Assembly: GCA_963724765.1 (NCBI GenBank)
Contig: CAVRVY010000003.1
Location: 1,312,001 to 1,376,000 of the forward strand
Direction of reading: 5' to 3'
DNA from: an uncultured delta proteobacterium
GTDB taxonomy: Bacteria; Desulfobacterota; Binatia; Binatales; Binataceae
DNA: 64,000 bases
In this document: one piece after another, positions 1-9,410 of the stretch
Layout of the letters: every line of letters begins with the position of its first letter
How positions within the stretch are numbered: the stretch's first letter is position 1
Notes under the pieces: generated by a model
What the model saw: the letters and a program-made list of their open reading frames with translations, nothing else
Database searches by the model: none
What the model was told of the DNA's origin: nothing
Translations under genes and position numbers: made by a program

Positions 1-60
1 GAACCGCTCCACCGATGGCTGAACCGCTGATGGTTTGAACCGCTTCGCTGGTGCGGTCAG

Positions 61-1155
61 CTAGAAAAACTTGATCACGCTGCGCGACACCTCACCCTTT
101 TGCAGCAGGTCGTAGGCCTCGTTGACGCCTTCGAGCGGGAAGGTGCGCGAGACCAGTTCGTCGATTTTGATCTTTTTGTCCATGTAGAGGTCGATCAAAA
201 GCGGCATGTCGATTCGCGGCCGGGCCGATCCGTAGAACGAACCGATCAGCCGCTTTTCCGTCATCGTGAAGACGTTGGGGTTGAGCGAAATGCGCGCGGT
301 CTCGGGCGACACTCCAACGATGGTGCAGGTGCCGCCGCGTCCGGTCATCCGAAACGCCAGTTCGATCGTTTTGGCCGTGCTGATTACTTCGAAGGCGTAG
401 TCAACGCCGCGCCCCTGGGTCAGCGTCATCACTGCCTTGTAGGCGTCGTCCTGCGACGGATTGACCACGTGCGTTGCGCCGAATACTTTTGCCAACTCGA
501 GCTTGTTCGGCAGCAGGTCGATCGCGATGATGTCGTGCGCGCCGGCCAGCGCCGCGCCCTGGATCACGTTGAGTCCCACGCCGCCGCAGCCGATTACCGC
601 GACGCTCGCGCCCGGCCGCACCTTGGCCGTGTTAATCGCCGCGCCAATCCCGGTCATCGTACCGCAGCCGACGAAGCATGCGCGATCGAGCGGGACGTCG
701 TCGCGAATTTTGATCGCGCAACTATCCGGCACCACCGCCTCCTCGGCGAAGGTCGAGGCATAGGCGAAATGAAAAACCTCGGTGCCGTTTTTGCTCAGGC
801 GAGTGGTGCCGTCCAGCAGCGTGCCGAGCCCCTTGGGCCGCGTTTCGCACAGGTTCACCTGTCCCTGCGTGCAGTAACGGCAGTGGCCGCACACGGGTGA
901 AAAAGTCAGCACCACGTGGTCGCCCTCTTTTACCGAGGCGACGCCCGCACCGGTTTCGATCACGATTCCCGCCCCCTCATGGCCCAGCACCAGCGGCAGC
1001 GGCATCCGCATGTCGCCAGTCATGACGTGGAGGTCGCTATGGCAGGCGCCGTTGGCGGCGACCTTTACCCGCACCTCGCCGGCCTTTGGGGGAGCGAGCT
1101 TGAGGTCTTCGATGACCAGGGGCTTGTGCGGTTCATATAACACGGCGGCTTTCAT
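61..1155 (-). CDS. Zn-dependent alcohol dehydrogenase (MDR family, class III-like)
   Basis: CHSD catalytic Zn motif, GHEGAG, structural Zn CGHCRYC..C, GCGGVG NAD-binding; GGAGG-type RBS upstream. Confidence 0.93.
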   Translation of the reverse strand: MKAAVLYEPHKPLVIEDLKLAPPKAGEVRVKVAANGACHSDLHVMTGDMRMPLPLVLGHEGAGIVIETGAGVASVKEGDHVVLTFSPVCGHCRYCTQGQVNLCETRPKGLGTLLDGTTRLSKNGTEVFHFAYASTFAEEAVVPDSCAIKIRDDVPLDRACFVGCGTMTGIGAAINTAKVRPGASVAVIGCGGVGLNVIQGAALAGAHDIIAIDLLPNKLELAKVFGATHVVNPSQDDAYKAVMTLTQGRGVDYAFEVISTAKTIELAFRMTGRGGTCTIVGVSPETARISLNPNVFTMTEKRLIGSFYGSARPRIDMPLLIDLYMDKKIKIDELVSRTFPLEGVNEAYDLLQKGEVSRSVIKFF

Positions 1156-1414
1156 GGGCGCTTTCCTCCAGGTTTGATGATTTCTCAGGGTGGACGTGCG
1201 TAACTTAGAAGGCAGGCCGCGCAGGTGTCAAACCAGCGGCTCCGCCGTCAGCCCCGCGCGCTTCGGCAGCCCGCGAGAAAGCTGAGCGCGTTGCCGAAGC
1301 GAAGGGCGGAACCGACGATGGGCCATTGCAGAGTTGCAACACGGTCGGCGTTGGGCGAGCAGCCCGGCGGCTAAAATTCTCGGATAATTGGTCGGTTTCC
1401 CGGCGGGGCGCTAC

Positions 1415-1430
1415 TGGCACATTAAGTGCT
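1415..1430 (+). promoter_or_regulatory. Candidate sigma54 (-24/-12) promoter
   Basis: TGGCAC-ATTAA-GTGCT matches TGGCAC-N5-TTGC with one mismatch; palindrome TTGCA-N4-TGCAA at 1326-1339 could be an activator site. Confidence 0.5.
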
Positions 1431-1586
1431 GACTCATTTATACGCTTGCTTTATCGATGGCCATCCATCGTCCAGTCCAATGAACTACAACGCATTAACC
1501 TCCGATCTTCCCCCGGCGACGCAAATGTTCTCCGACATTGGCATCGCCGGGGGCTCCCGCCTGAGTTCTTTGGGCCGTAACGTACG

Positions 1587-1778
1587 ATGAACCAGTCAGC
1601 CACCGCTTTGCGGCTCGCCATAAGGCAGCCGCTTTTTCAACTCCACGCCCAGCGGAAGTGCCGGGCCTGCGGACATCAGGTGGGCGAGCACGTCGGCTTC
1701 CCTGACGCCGCGCTCGCCAAGCAGCTAACCCGGATCCACGGCGGCTGCCTCGATTGCGAAACCTGCGGCGACGAATAG
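1587..1778 (+). CDS. Small Cys/His-rich putative metal-binding protein
   Basis: 63 aa with CxxCxHxxxxH and CxxCxxC; lies downstream of the sigma54-like promoter. Confidence 0.5.
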   Translation: MNQSATALRLAIRQPLFQLHAQRKCRACGHQVGEHVGFPDAALAKQLTRIHGGCLDCETCGDE

Positions 1779-1879
1779 CCCCCCTCTCTGTTCAACGCGG
1801 GCACCGGTCCCGGTCCAGCCCTCGAGAATTTATTGTCCGGACATTTCGATCGCCTAATGCGCCCGGTTACGTCGCTCGG

Positions 1880-2641
1880 TTACTGCGCAAGATAGGCGCC
1901 GTCGATAGGCATCGGCACGCCGCTGACGAACGACGACGCGTCGGTGGATAGCCACAGCACCGCCTCGGCTATTTCTTCGGCCTTCCCGAGCCGGTTGATC
2001 GGATGAGTCTGGATGACGGCCTTTTCATCGAAGCTCCCGCGATCCATAACTCGCGCGACCATCGGCGTGCGGATGAATCCCGGGCAGACGGCGTTCACCC
2101 GGATTCCCTGACTCGAAAACTCCAGCGCCGCAGTCTTGGTCAAGCCGGCGACTCCATGCTTGGCCGCGGTGTAGGCCGACGTGTTGGCGATTCCAACCAG
2201 GCCGCAAATCGATGAAGTATTGACGATCGTGCCGCCACCGCCCTTGAGCATCTCGGGAATTTCATACTTCATGCAGTAAAAGACGCCGCTTAAGTTGATC
2301 GCGATCACGCGCTGCCAATTCTCGAGCGAACACTCGGGTGTGGACGAGAACTCTCCCTCGATTCCGGCGTTGTTGAACGCGCAATCGAGCCTGCCGTAGT
2401 GCTCGACCGTCTTTTTCACCAGCGCCTCGACTTCCTTGTGATTCGCGACATCGGCGGCGTGAAAGATCGCATCGCCGCCAGCCTCCTTGACCGCTCGCAA
2501 GGTGCGCTCGCCACCTTCGACGTTGTAGTCGGCGATGACCACCCGGGAGCCTTCGCTTGCGAAGAGCAGCGCGGTTGCGCGTCCAATACCCGAACCACCC
2601 CCGGTGATCAGAGCTACTTTACCTTTTACGCGATCGCCCAT
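1880..2641 (-). CDS. Short-chain dehydrogenase/reductase
   Basis: TGGGSGIG, NNAG, YTAAK motifs; start moved to MGDRVKGK, which follows an AGGAGG RBS. Confidence 0.93.
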   Translation of the reverse strand: MGDRVKGKVALITGGGSGIGRATALLFASEGSRVVIADYNVEGGERTLRAVKEAGGDAIFHAADVANHKEVEALVKKTVEHYGRLDCAFNNAGIEGEFSSTPECSLENWQRVIAINLSGVFYCMKYEIPEMLKGGGGTIVNTSSICGLVGIANTSAYTAAKHGVAGLTKTAALEFSSQGIRVNAVCPGFIRTPMVARVMDRGSFDEKAVIQTHPINRLGKAEEIAEAVLWLSTDASSFVSGVPMPIDGAYLAQ

Positions 2642-2723
2642 GACGATCCTCCTTTGCGAACCGCCTGGCGGTCGCGCGTTGTGACTCCTAACTGCATAGC
2701 AAAAGCTCCTGATATTTCCACAA

Positions 2724-2749
2724 TGGCGCACAGGGGTGAGGAGTCGAAC
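2724..2749 (-). mobile_element. Isolated tRNA 3'-end fragment, possible att site
   Basis: Minus strand reads GTTCGACTCCTCACCCCTGTGCGCCA (T-loop to CCA) with no 5' half; 11 bp identical to tRNA-Sec 11607-11617. Confidence 0.45.
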
Positions 2750-2822
2750 TTTCGCGATTCCCGATGGCTTGGCCGGCCTGCGAGCGCGATGCTGGACTGA
2801 CCGGTTTGATTTGAACTTGAAC

Positions 2823-2844
2823 GATAACTGACGAGTCAGTTATC
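2823..2844. promoter_or_regulatory. TetR operator-like inverted repeat
   Basis: GATAACTGAC-GA-GTCAGTTATC, a perfect 10-bp inverted repeat just upstream of the tetR ATG. Confidence 0.75.
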
Positions 2845-2851
2845 ATTAACG

Positions 2852-3526
2852 ATGGCACGAGTGTCGGCAGCCAAACACGACGAGTTCGCACAGGCGCGCC
2901 GCGATACCATCCTGAACGCCGCCCTGCGGGTTTTCGCGCAAGAAGGTTTCGCCGAAGCGAAAATGGATCAGGTCGCGGCGGCGGCCGACCTGTCGAAAGC
3001 TGCACTGTACCTGTACTTTCCGTCCAAGGACTCCCTGCTGCAGAACCTCCTCAAGCAATATGCGTTGCTGCCCGAATTGCCGGGAATGGTGGCCTCGCTT
3101 AGAGACACGCCGCCGGGACTCGGGATTCCCAGATTGATTGCTGAAGCCTGGCGCCGGCTGCGGGAGCGCAAGGAACTGGCGCGCGTAATCGTACGCGAAA
3201 TTCAGAGCCATCCCGAACGCGCGAAGCTGTTCTCGGAGCAGGTAGGCCTGCCGGCCTACCGATCGGTCGCAGGTTATCTCGACCACTGGATGAAACGCGG
3301 AGAATTGAGACGCCAGGACGCGTTTGCGGCGGCGCAGTGCCTGTTGGGAATGCTGTGGTTCTTTCTCCTGACCCAGGAACTGATGGGGGGCAAGGAACTC
3401 CATCCATTGTCGGACGAAACGGTCGTTACTACGGTGGCGCGGATGTTTCTCGACGGTGCCGGAAACAATAAGAAGCGCTCTCGGTCAAGCGTGACAGCCG
3501 GCGGCGGCCGGCATCAAGGAGCGTAG
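2852..3526 (+). CDS. TetR/AcrR family transcriptional regulator
   Basis: N-terminal [17 protein letters not shown]...[19 protein letters not shown]. Confidence 0.93.
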   Translation: MARVSAAKHDEFAQARRDTILNAALRVFAQEGFAEAKMDQVAAAADLSKAALYLYFPSKDSLLQNLLKQYALLPELPGMVASLRDTPPGLGIPRLIAEAWRRLRERKELARVIVREIQSHPERAKLFSEQVGLPAYRSVAGYLDHWMKRGELRRQDAFAAAQCLLGMLWFFLLTQELMGGKELHPLSDETVVTTVARMFLDGAGNNKKRSRSSVTAGGGRHQGA

Positions 3527-3573
3527 GCTCGCAGCCATACGCAAAGAACCGTTTGGCGATCACAGGAAGTCGG

Positions 3574-4840
3574 ATGAAGCGCATCGCGTTGCGTCGCTTT
3601 CGATGGGCGGCGGCCGTCGTGATAGTGGCGGCCCTTCTTCCAGGCTGCAAACCGGTGACCGCAAAGCCGCAGCCGCCGCCGCCGACCGTCACGGTAAGCC
3701 AGCCGCTCCAGCGGGAGGTGGTCCGTTGGGATGAATACAGCGGATATCTCTCATCCCCCAAAACGGTCATCGTTAACGCGCGGGTCAGCGGACTGATCGA
3801 AGAGGCGCCTTTCCAGGAGGGGTCGATTGTCCACGCGGGCGACCTGCTGTTCAAAATTGACCCGCGCCCATTCCAGGCTGATCTCGACAACAAGCAAGCC
3901 GCGGTGGCGCAGGCCAAGGCGACGGCGGAAAAAGCCAAGGCTGACTTCAACCGGTCCGTCCAGCTCCTCAAGGCTCAGGTGATAGCGCGGGCGGATTACG
4001 ACAGCACCAAGGCATCCTTCGGGGAAGCGGACGCATCACTGAAAGCGGCGCGAGGCGGCCCTGGAGACCTCCCGCCTCAATCTGGAGTGGACCGAAGTGA
4101 GGGCTCCGATCACCGGTCGGATCAGCCGGATGAATGTGACGGTAGGGAACCTGGTCAACGGCGGCTCCGGACAGGCCACGGCCCTGACCACGATCGTCTC
4201 GATCGATCCGATTTACTGCTACCTTAACGTCCCCGAAAGTGTGGCGCTGCGCTACCAGGAGCTGGCCCTTCAGCAAAAGCAGTCCAACGTCGCCGGAGCG
4301 AAGGTGCCCGCTTTCCTGCAACTGGAAAATGAGACGACTTTCCGCCAACAGGGCGTGATCGACTTTGTCGACAACCAGGTGGACGTGAACACCGGAACGG
4401 TGCAGATCCGCGCGGTCTTCGCCAACCCGACAACGTTGCTAACGCCCGGAGTCTTCGCTCGCGTGCGCATCCCGTCCAGTGGCCGCTACCAGGCGCTGCT
4501 GATTCCGGATGAGGCGGTGAACGCCGACCAGAACGAGCGATATCTCCTGATCGTTGGAGCCGGCAACGTGACGCAGCGACAGACGGTCAAGCTGGGCGCG
4601 CTATTCGGCAGCCTGCGATCGATCACCGACGGCCTCAAAGCGGGGGAGTGGGTGATCGTCAGCGGAATGCAGTCGGCGCCGCCTGGCGCCAAGGTCAACC
4701 CGCGCCAGGCGCCGATTTCCGCTCAATCATTGGACGAACTGGAAAGCATGACGGCCGAGCTTCCGGTCAGCCAGACGCTGCCTGACGTGCGGACTGCGGC
4801 GGAGCGCCATTCGCAGCCGTCGGCGGAGGCAGGCCCGTGA
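3574..4840 (+). pseudogene. RND efflux periplasmic adaptor (MFP), frameshifted
   Basis: Lipobox LLPGC and MFP motifs split over two frames; removing one base near 4051 restores ...KAAEAALETSRLNLEWTEVRAPITGRI. Confidence 0.85.
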
Positions 4841-7800
4841 GCATAGCCCATTTCTTTATAGACCGCCCGGTCTTTGCGATCGTAATTTCGATCGTCGCGC
4901 TCATCGCCGGGTCGATCGCGGCGTTCACGCTCCCGATCACCCAATATCCGGAGATCGCACCGCCCACCGTCACCGTCAGCGCCACCTACCCGGGCGCGAA
5001 CGCAGAAACCGTCGCCAAGACCGTCGCTACGCCGATCGAAGAACAGGTCAACGGCGTCGAGAACATGCTCTATATGTCGAGCCAGTCCACCAACACCGGA
5101 AATCTGAATCTGACGGTGACGTTCAAGGTGGGCACGAATCTCGACATGGCCGAGGTGCAGGTACAGAACCGGGTGGCCGTAGCCCTGCCGCAGCTCCCGC
5201 CGGAGGTGCAACTGCAGGGAGTCACCGTGAAGAAGGCGTCGCCGAACATCACGCTGGCAATTGCGTTCTACTCGCCCGACGGATCGCACAACGCGCTGTT
5301 TATCAGCAACTACGTGACGCTCGAAGTCAAGGATGAGATTGCCCGGCTGCCGGGCGTGGGAGACCTCACGGTCTTCGGAGCGCGCGACTATGCGATGCGG
5401 CTGTGGCTCGATCCCGACCAGCTGGCGGTGCGAAACATGACCGCGGGCGACGTGGTCAACGCGGTCGAAGAGCAAAACGTGCAGGTGGCGGCGGGGATCA
5501 TCGGCGGCCCGCCGCTCCCCGAACAGAGCGGCGCTTTCCAATACACCGTAAGTGCGCAGGGCCGGCTCACCGACCCGGCCCAGTTCGGCGACATCGTCGT
5601 CAAGGTGGGCAGCGACGGCCGCATCACCCGGCTGAAAGACGTGAGCCGCGTTGAACTGGGCGCCGCCGACTATAGCACCACCAATTACTACGACGGGCAT
5701 CCTGCCGTCGCATTGGCCGTCTTCCAGTTGCCGGGCACCAACGCGATCAGCACTGCCAATGTGATCTATGCCAAGATGGAGCAGCTCAAAAAGCGCTTCC
5801 CTCCCGGCCTGGATTACGCCATCGCCCACGACACCACGCCGTTCGTCCGCGAAAGCATCAAGGATCTGGTCAAAACGCTGCTGATCGCCGTCGGTCTGGT
5901 GGCGCTGGTGGTGCTCGTGTTCCTGCAGAGCTGGCGGGCTTCGCTGATCCCGATCCTGGCGATTCCGGTCTCGCTGGTCGGCACCTTCGCGGTGATGTGG
6001 CTGGTTGGATTCTCGTTGAACATGCTGTCGCTGTTCGGGCTGGTGTTGGCCATCGGCATCGTCGTGGACGACGCGATCGTCGTGGTCGAGAACGTACAGC
6101 GTTGGATTGAGGAAGGCCTCAGCCCGCGCGACGCGGCGTTCCGTGCGATGGACGAGGTTACGCCGGCCGTCATCGCCATTGCGTTCGGCCTTTCCGCCGT
6201 TTTCATCCCGGTCGCCTTCATTCCAGGTATCACTGGCCGGTTCTACCAGCAGTTTGCGCTGACGATCGCGTTCTCGACCCTCCTCTCCGCTTTCAACTCG
6301 CTGACTCTCAGTCCGGCGCTTTCGGCGCTGCTGCTCAGGCCCCACGGCGCCAAACAAGACTGGCTCACGAGGGTGTTCGACTTCACGCTCGGATGGTTTT
6401 TTCGGCTGTTCAATGAAGGCTTCGATCTGACTAATCGATGGTACATCAAATCGCTCCACTATGTGCTCCGCTACGCCGTCATCACGCTGATTGTCTACGC
6501 CGGGCTGGTTTATCTGGCCTACGGGGTGTTCAAGGTCGTCCCCACCGGGTTCATTCCGACCCAGGACCAGGGATATCTGCTGGTGAATGTGCAGATGCCT
6601 GACGCCTCGTCGATCGATCGGACCGACGCGACGATAAGACAACTCGCGGACGTGGGGATGAAGACCAGGGGGATTTCGGACGTGTTCGGGGTTTCCGGGT
6701 TCTCCATTCTGACCCGCTCCAACTCATCTGCGGCTGGGCTGATATTCCTGCACTTCACGCCGTTCAGTCAGCGCGCGGGCAAGGCCGACATGACCGCCGA
6801 CGCCATCGCGAACCGCCTCAGGAAAGCATACAGCAAGGTGGAAGGAGGCCAGGCGATGGTGCTGCTTCCGCCGCCGGTCAATGGGATTGGCAACGCCGGT
6901 GGGTTCACGATGCAGGTTGAAGATCGTTCGGGCACCGCGTCGCCCCAGGAGCTCGAGCAGGCGACTCAACACCTGATCGAGGCCGCGCGTAGCCGCCCTG
7001 AGTTGAGCATGCTCTTCTCCACCTTCCACGCCAGCGTCCCGCAGATATACATCAACGTGGATCGCGTCAAAGCTAAGCAGGAGAACGTGTCGGTCACGGA
7101 CATTTTCCAGGCGCTGCAGGTGTATCTGGGCGGACTCTATATCAACGATTTCAATTATCTCGGTCGCACGTGGCACGTGATGGCGCAGTCCGACGCCCCG
7201 TTTCGCGCCACCGTGGCACAGGTCTCCCGCCTAAAGACGCGCAACGCCGCGGGCCAGATGGTACCGCTGGGCGCAGTATCCGAACTGAAGGACATCGTCG
7301 GTCCGGACCGGATCCAGAGATACGATCTGTACAGCTCTGCCGACATTATCGGTGCCGCCGCAGCCGGCTACAGCAGTGGACAGGCCCTGGCCGCGATGGA
7401 GGAAGTTGCCGATGAGGAGCTTCCCAAGCAGTACAGCTACGAGTGGACGGATCTGGCTTTCCAGGAGAAGGCCGCCAGCGGTCTGGCGTTCCTCGTATTT
7501 CCGCTGTGCGTGCTGTTCGTATGGCTCACGCACTCGGCGGAATACGAAAGCTTCGCGCTCTCGACGGCGATCATCCTGATCGTCCCGATGTGCCTGCTGT
7601 GCGGCATCGCTGCCATCTGGGTCCGGCACATGGACAACAACATCTTTACTCAGATCGGTTTCGTTGTGCTGGCGGGTATGAGCGTGAAAAACGCCGTGCT
7701 GATCGTCGAGTTCGCCAAGCAGGAGCAGGAACACCAACCCGGCATGAAAGCGGCGGATGCCGCCGTTGAAGCCGCCCGTCTGCGCCTGCGGCCGATCCTC

Positions 7801-8070
7801 ATGACCAGTTTCGCGTTCATCTTCGGCGTGATCCCGCTGATCATGGCAACCGGCGCAGGCGCCGAAATGAGACAGGCCCTGGGCACGGTTGTGTTCTTCG
7901 GCATGATCGGTGTGACATTTTTCGGCGTGTTCCTTACCCCTGTCTTCTATACCGTGATTCGGCACGCCACCGGGCGCCGTCTCGTGCCGGCGGAGAGGTC
8001 GGCCATAAGCCCTTCCACGCCCGCGGCTGATGGAGAAAGACCTCCTGTTGGGCGGGCCGCGCATGGGTAG
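4837..8070 (+). CDS. RND efflux permease (HAE1, AcrB/MexF-like)
   Basis: 1077 aa; FFIDRPVFA start, GIVVDDAIVVVEN, KNAVLIVEFA, RLRPILMTS. Confidence 0.96.
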   Translation: MSIAHFFIDRPVFAIVISIVALIAGSIAAFTLPITQYPEIAPPTVTVSATYPGANAETVAKTVATPIEEQVNGVENMLYMSSQSTNTGNLNLTVTFKVGTNLDMAEVQVQNRVAVALPQLPPEVQLQGVTVKKASPNITLAIAFYSPDGSHNALFISNYVTLEVKDEIARLPGVGDLTVFGARDYAMRLWLDPDQLAVRNMTAGDVVNAVEEQNVQVAAGIIGGPPLPEQSGAFQYTVSAQGRLTDPAQFGDIVVKVGSDGRITRLKDVSRVELGAADYSTTNYYDGHPAVALAVFQLPGTNAISTANVIYAKMEQLKKRFPPGLDYAIAHDTTPFVRESIKDLVKTLLIAVGLVALVVLVFLQSWRASLIPILAIPVSLVGTFAVMWLVGFSLNMLSLFGLVLAIGIVVDDAIVVVENVQRWIEEGLSPRDAAFRAMDEVTPAVIAIAFGLSAVFIPVAFIPGITGRFYQQFALTIAFSTLLSAFNSLTLSPALSALLLRPHGAKQDWLTRVFDFTLGWFFRLFNEGFDLTNRWYIKSLHYVLRYAVITLIVYAGLVYLAYGVFKVVPTGFIPTQDQGYLLVNVQMPDASSIDRTDATIRQLADVGMKTRGISDVFGVSGFSILTRSNSSAAGLIFLHFTPFSQRAGKADMTADAIANRLRKAYSKVEGGQAMVLLPPPVNGIGNAGGFTMQVEDRSGTASPQELEQATQHLIEAARSRPELSMLFSTFHASVPQIYINVDRVKAKQENVSVTDIFQALQVYLGGLYINDFNYLGRTWHVMAQSDAPFRATVAQVSRLKTRNAAGQMVPLGAVSELKDIVGPDRIQRYDLYSSADIIGAAAAGYSSGQALAAMEEVADEELPKQYSYEWTDLAFQEKAASGLAFLVFPLCVLFVWLTHSAEYESFALSTAIILIVPMCLLCGIAAIWVRHMDNNIFTQIGFVVLAGMSVKNAVLIVEFAKQEQEHQPGMKAADAAVEAARLRLRPILMTSFAFIFGVIPLIMATGAGAEMRQALGTVVFFGMIGVTFFGVFLTPVFYTVIRHATGRRLVPAERSAISPSTPAADGERPPVGRAAHG

Positions 8071-8081
8071 GACATTGCCTC

Positions 8082-8630
8082 TCAGGCGGCCGGGGGGATC
8101 GGTTTGAAGTAGATAATTGTGCCGGTGAGGCCGCCGTGGGGTTTCAGCGCGTAGCCAGGGATGACGCCAACGCGATGATAGCCGAGGCGCTCGTAGAACG
8201 CCGCGGCGCCCTCTTCGACGGCGGTGTCGAGCACGAGGAGCGTGCGGCCGCGTTGGACGGCGATGCGCTCGGCTTCCAGCATCAGGCTTCGCGCGACGCC
8301 GCGGCCGCGGCGGCTGACACGGGTCATCAGTTTGGTGATCTCGGCGCGATGCGGCTGGTTGGGCGGCATGGCCAGTTCCAGCGTAACCGTGCCGATCAGG
8401 GTTACCAGGCCGGTCAGATCGTCGCCTTCCCACGCGCCCAGCACCACGCGCCCGCCAACCGCGGCCCGCGCAAGTGAACCCTTCCAGAAGTCCGCCGCGA
8501 CCTCGCGCGCCAGTGGATGCATGAAGCTGACCGAGCCGCCATTCGCGACGACTTCGATCAGAAGGTCGGACAAAGCTGCGATAACTTCAGCATCGTCAGT
8601 CAGCGCGGCAATGCGCACGGTTGAGGTCAC
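8082..8630 (-). CDS. GNAT family N-acetyltransferase
   Basis: RRGRGVARSLM acetyl-CoA motif, LLVLDT, FYERLGY, PNQPHRAEI. Confidence 0.88.
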   Translation of the reverse strand: MTSTVRIAALTDDAEVIAALSDLLIEVVANGGSVSFMHPLAREVAADFWKGSLARAAVGGRVVLGAWEGDDLTGLVTLIGTVTLELAMPPNQPHRAEITKLMTRVSRRGRGVARSLMLEAERIAVQRGRTLLVLDTAVEEGAAAFYERLGYHRVGVIPGYALKPHGGLTGTIIYFKPIPPAA

Positions 8631-9410
8631 GGTCCAGCTCCTGCCGATCGCGAGGATAGGTCAGGCGTTCGCTGACTCGCTGGCGAACCTAGCGTCCGGC
8701 AACGTACCGGTCAACTCGCCTTTGCGTCGCGCTGTCGGCTCTCCGCATAAGCGACAAGATTTGTTAAGGCGGCATCTGTCCGGGATGCTTTATGTATTCT
8801 TTGAGCAAGAATCGCAGCGCAGGCGGCGCCGACTCGAACTCTGAGGCAAACAGCCGACAGAACTGTCCCTGGTACACTGTCTTCACCTGTCCCGATACGC
8901 ATCCGAAGACCGACAAATCGCCCCATGACCCGTAGCGTTCGGTTGTCTTCGAGGGTGCTCTGCCAGTTGCACCCGTTGGGCTGTGGTAAAAATGGCGCGG
9001 GTCGGTCCTGCTCCACCGTATCGCGAGCCGACGCAGCTTTCCTTTTGACGCACTTCTTAGCCGCGCACCTCTCTCAACCGAAACCGAAGAGGTGCGCCCA
9101 ATTCTGACGCGGAGCGTGAGCGTGCGGGCGTGCCGACCAATGAGTTTAGGTCGGCGCGCCTGCTTGCAAGCAGCGAGGCAACCAATGAAGCCGCGCGGAG
9201 CGGGCTATCCTGCCACAGCGGAGCGCGGCTCTCTTACTTCACTTGATTATTAAAGAAACATCTGCACGCCGATAATGGTCTCACAAGTGCCCACAGCCGG
9301 CTCACGCGGCGGCGGATCGGCCCCGTGTCGTAGAACACAAGATAGAGCTACTGCGCCTCAAGCAGTTTTTACTCGGCCCGCGAGAAGAGATTCCAGTTTC
9401 CATGCAGAAT

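Noticed and set aside
1-45. GAACCGCT repeated three times at the window edge
   Set aside because: Irregular spacing, too short, and truncated by the window; not a CRISPR array
2724-2810. Complete second tRNA gene
   Set aside because: Upstream sequence cannot form the T stem, anticodon arm or acceptor stem; only a 3' fragment is present
4723-6642. Long antisense ORFs (also 20691-22289, 36281-37774, 61016-62482)
   Set aside because: Shadow frames of real genes, expected in high-GC DNA; no recognisable motifs
8711-9016. 101-aa ORF and an alternative open frame ending ...RFLLKEYIKHPGQMPP
   Set aside because: No clear start, RBS or family motif; may be a gene relic but cannot be supported
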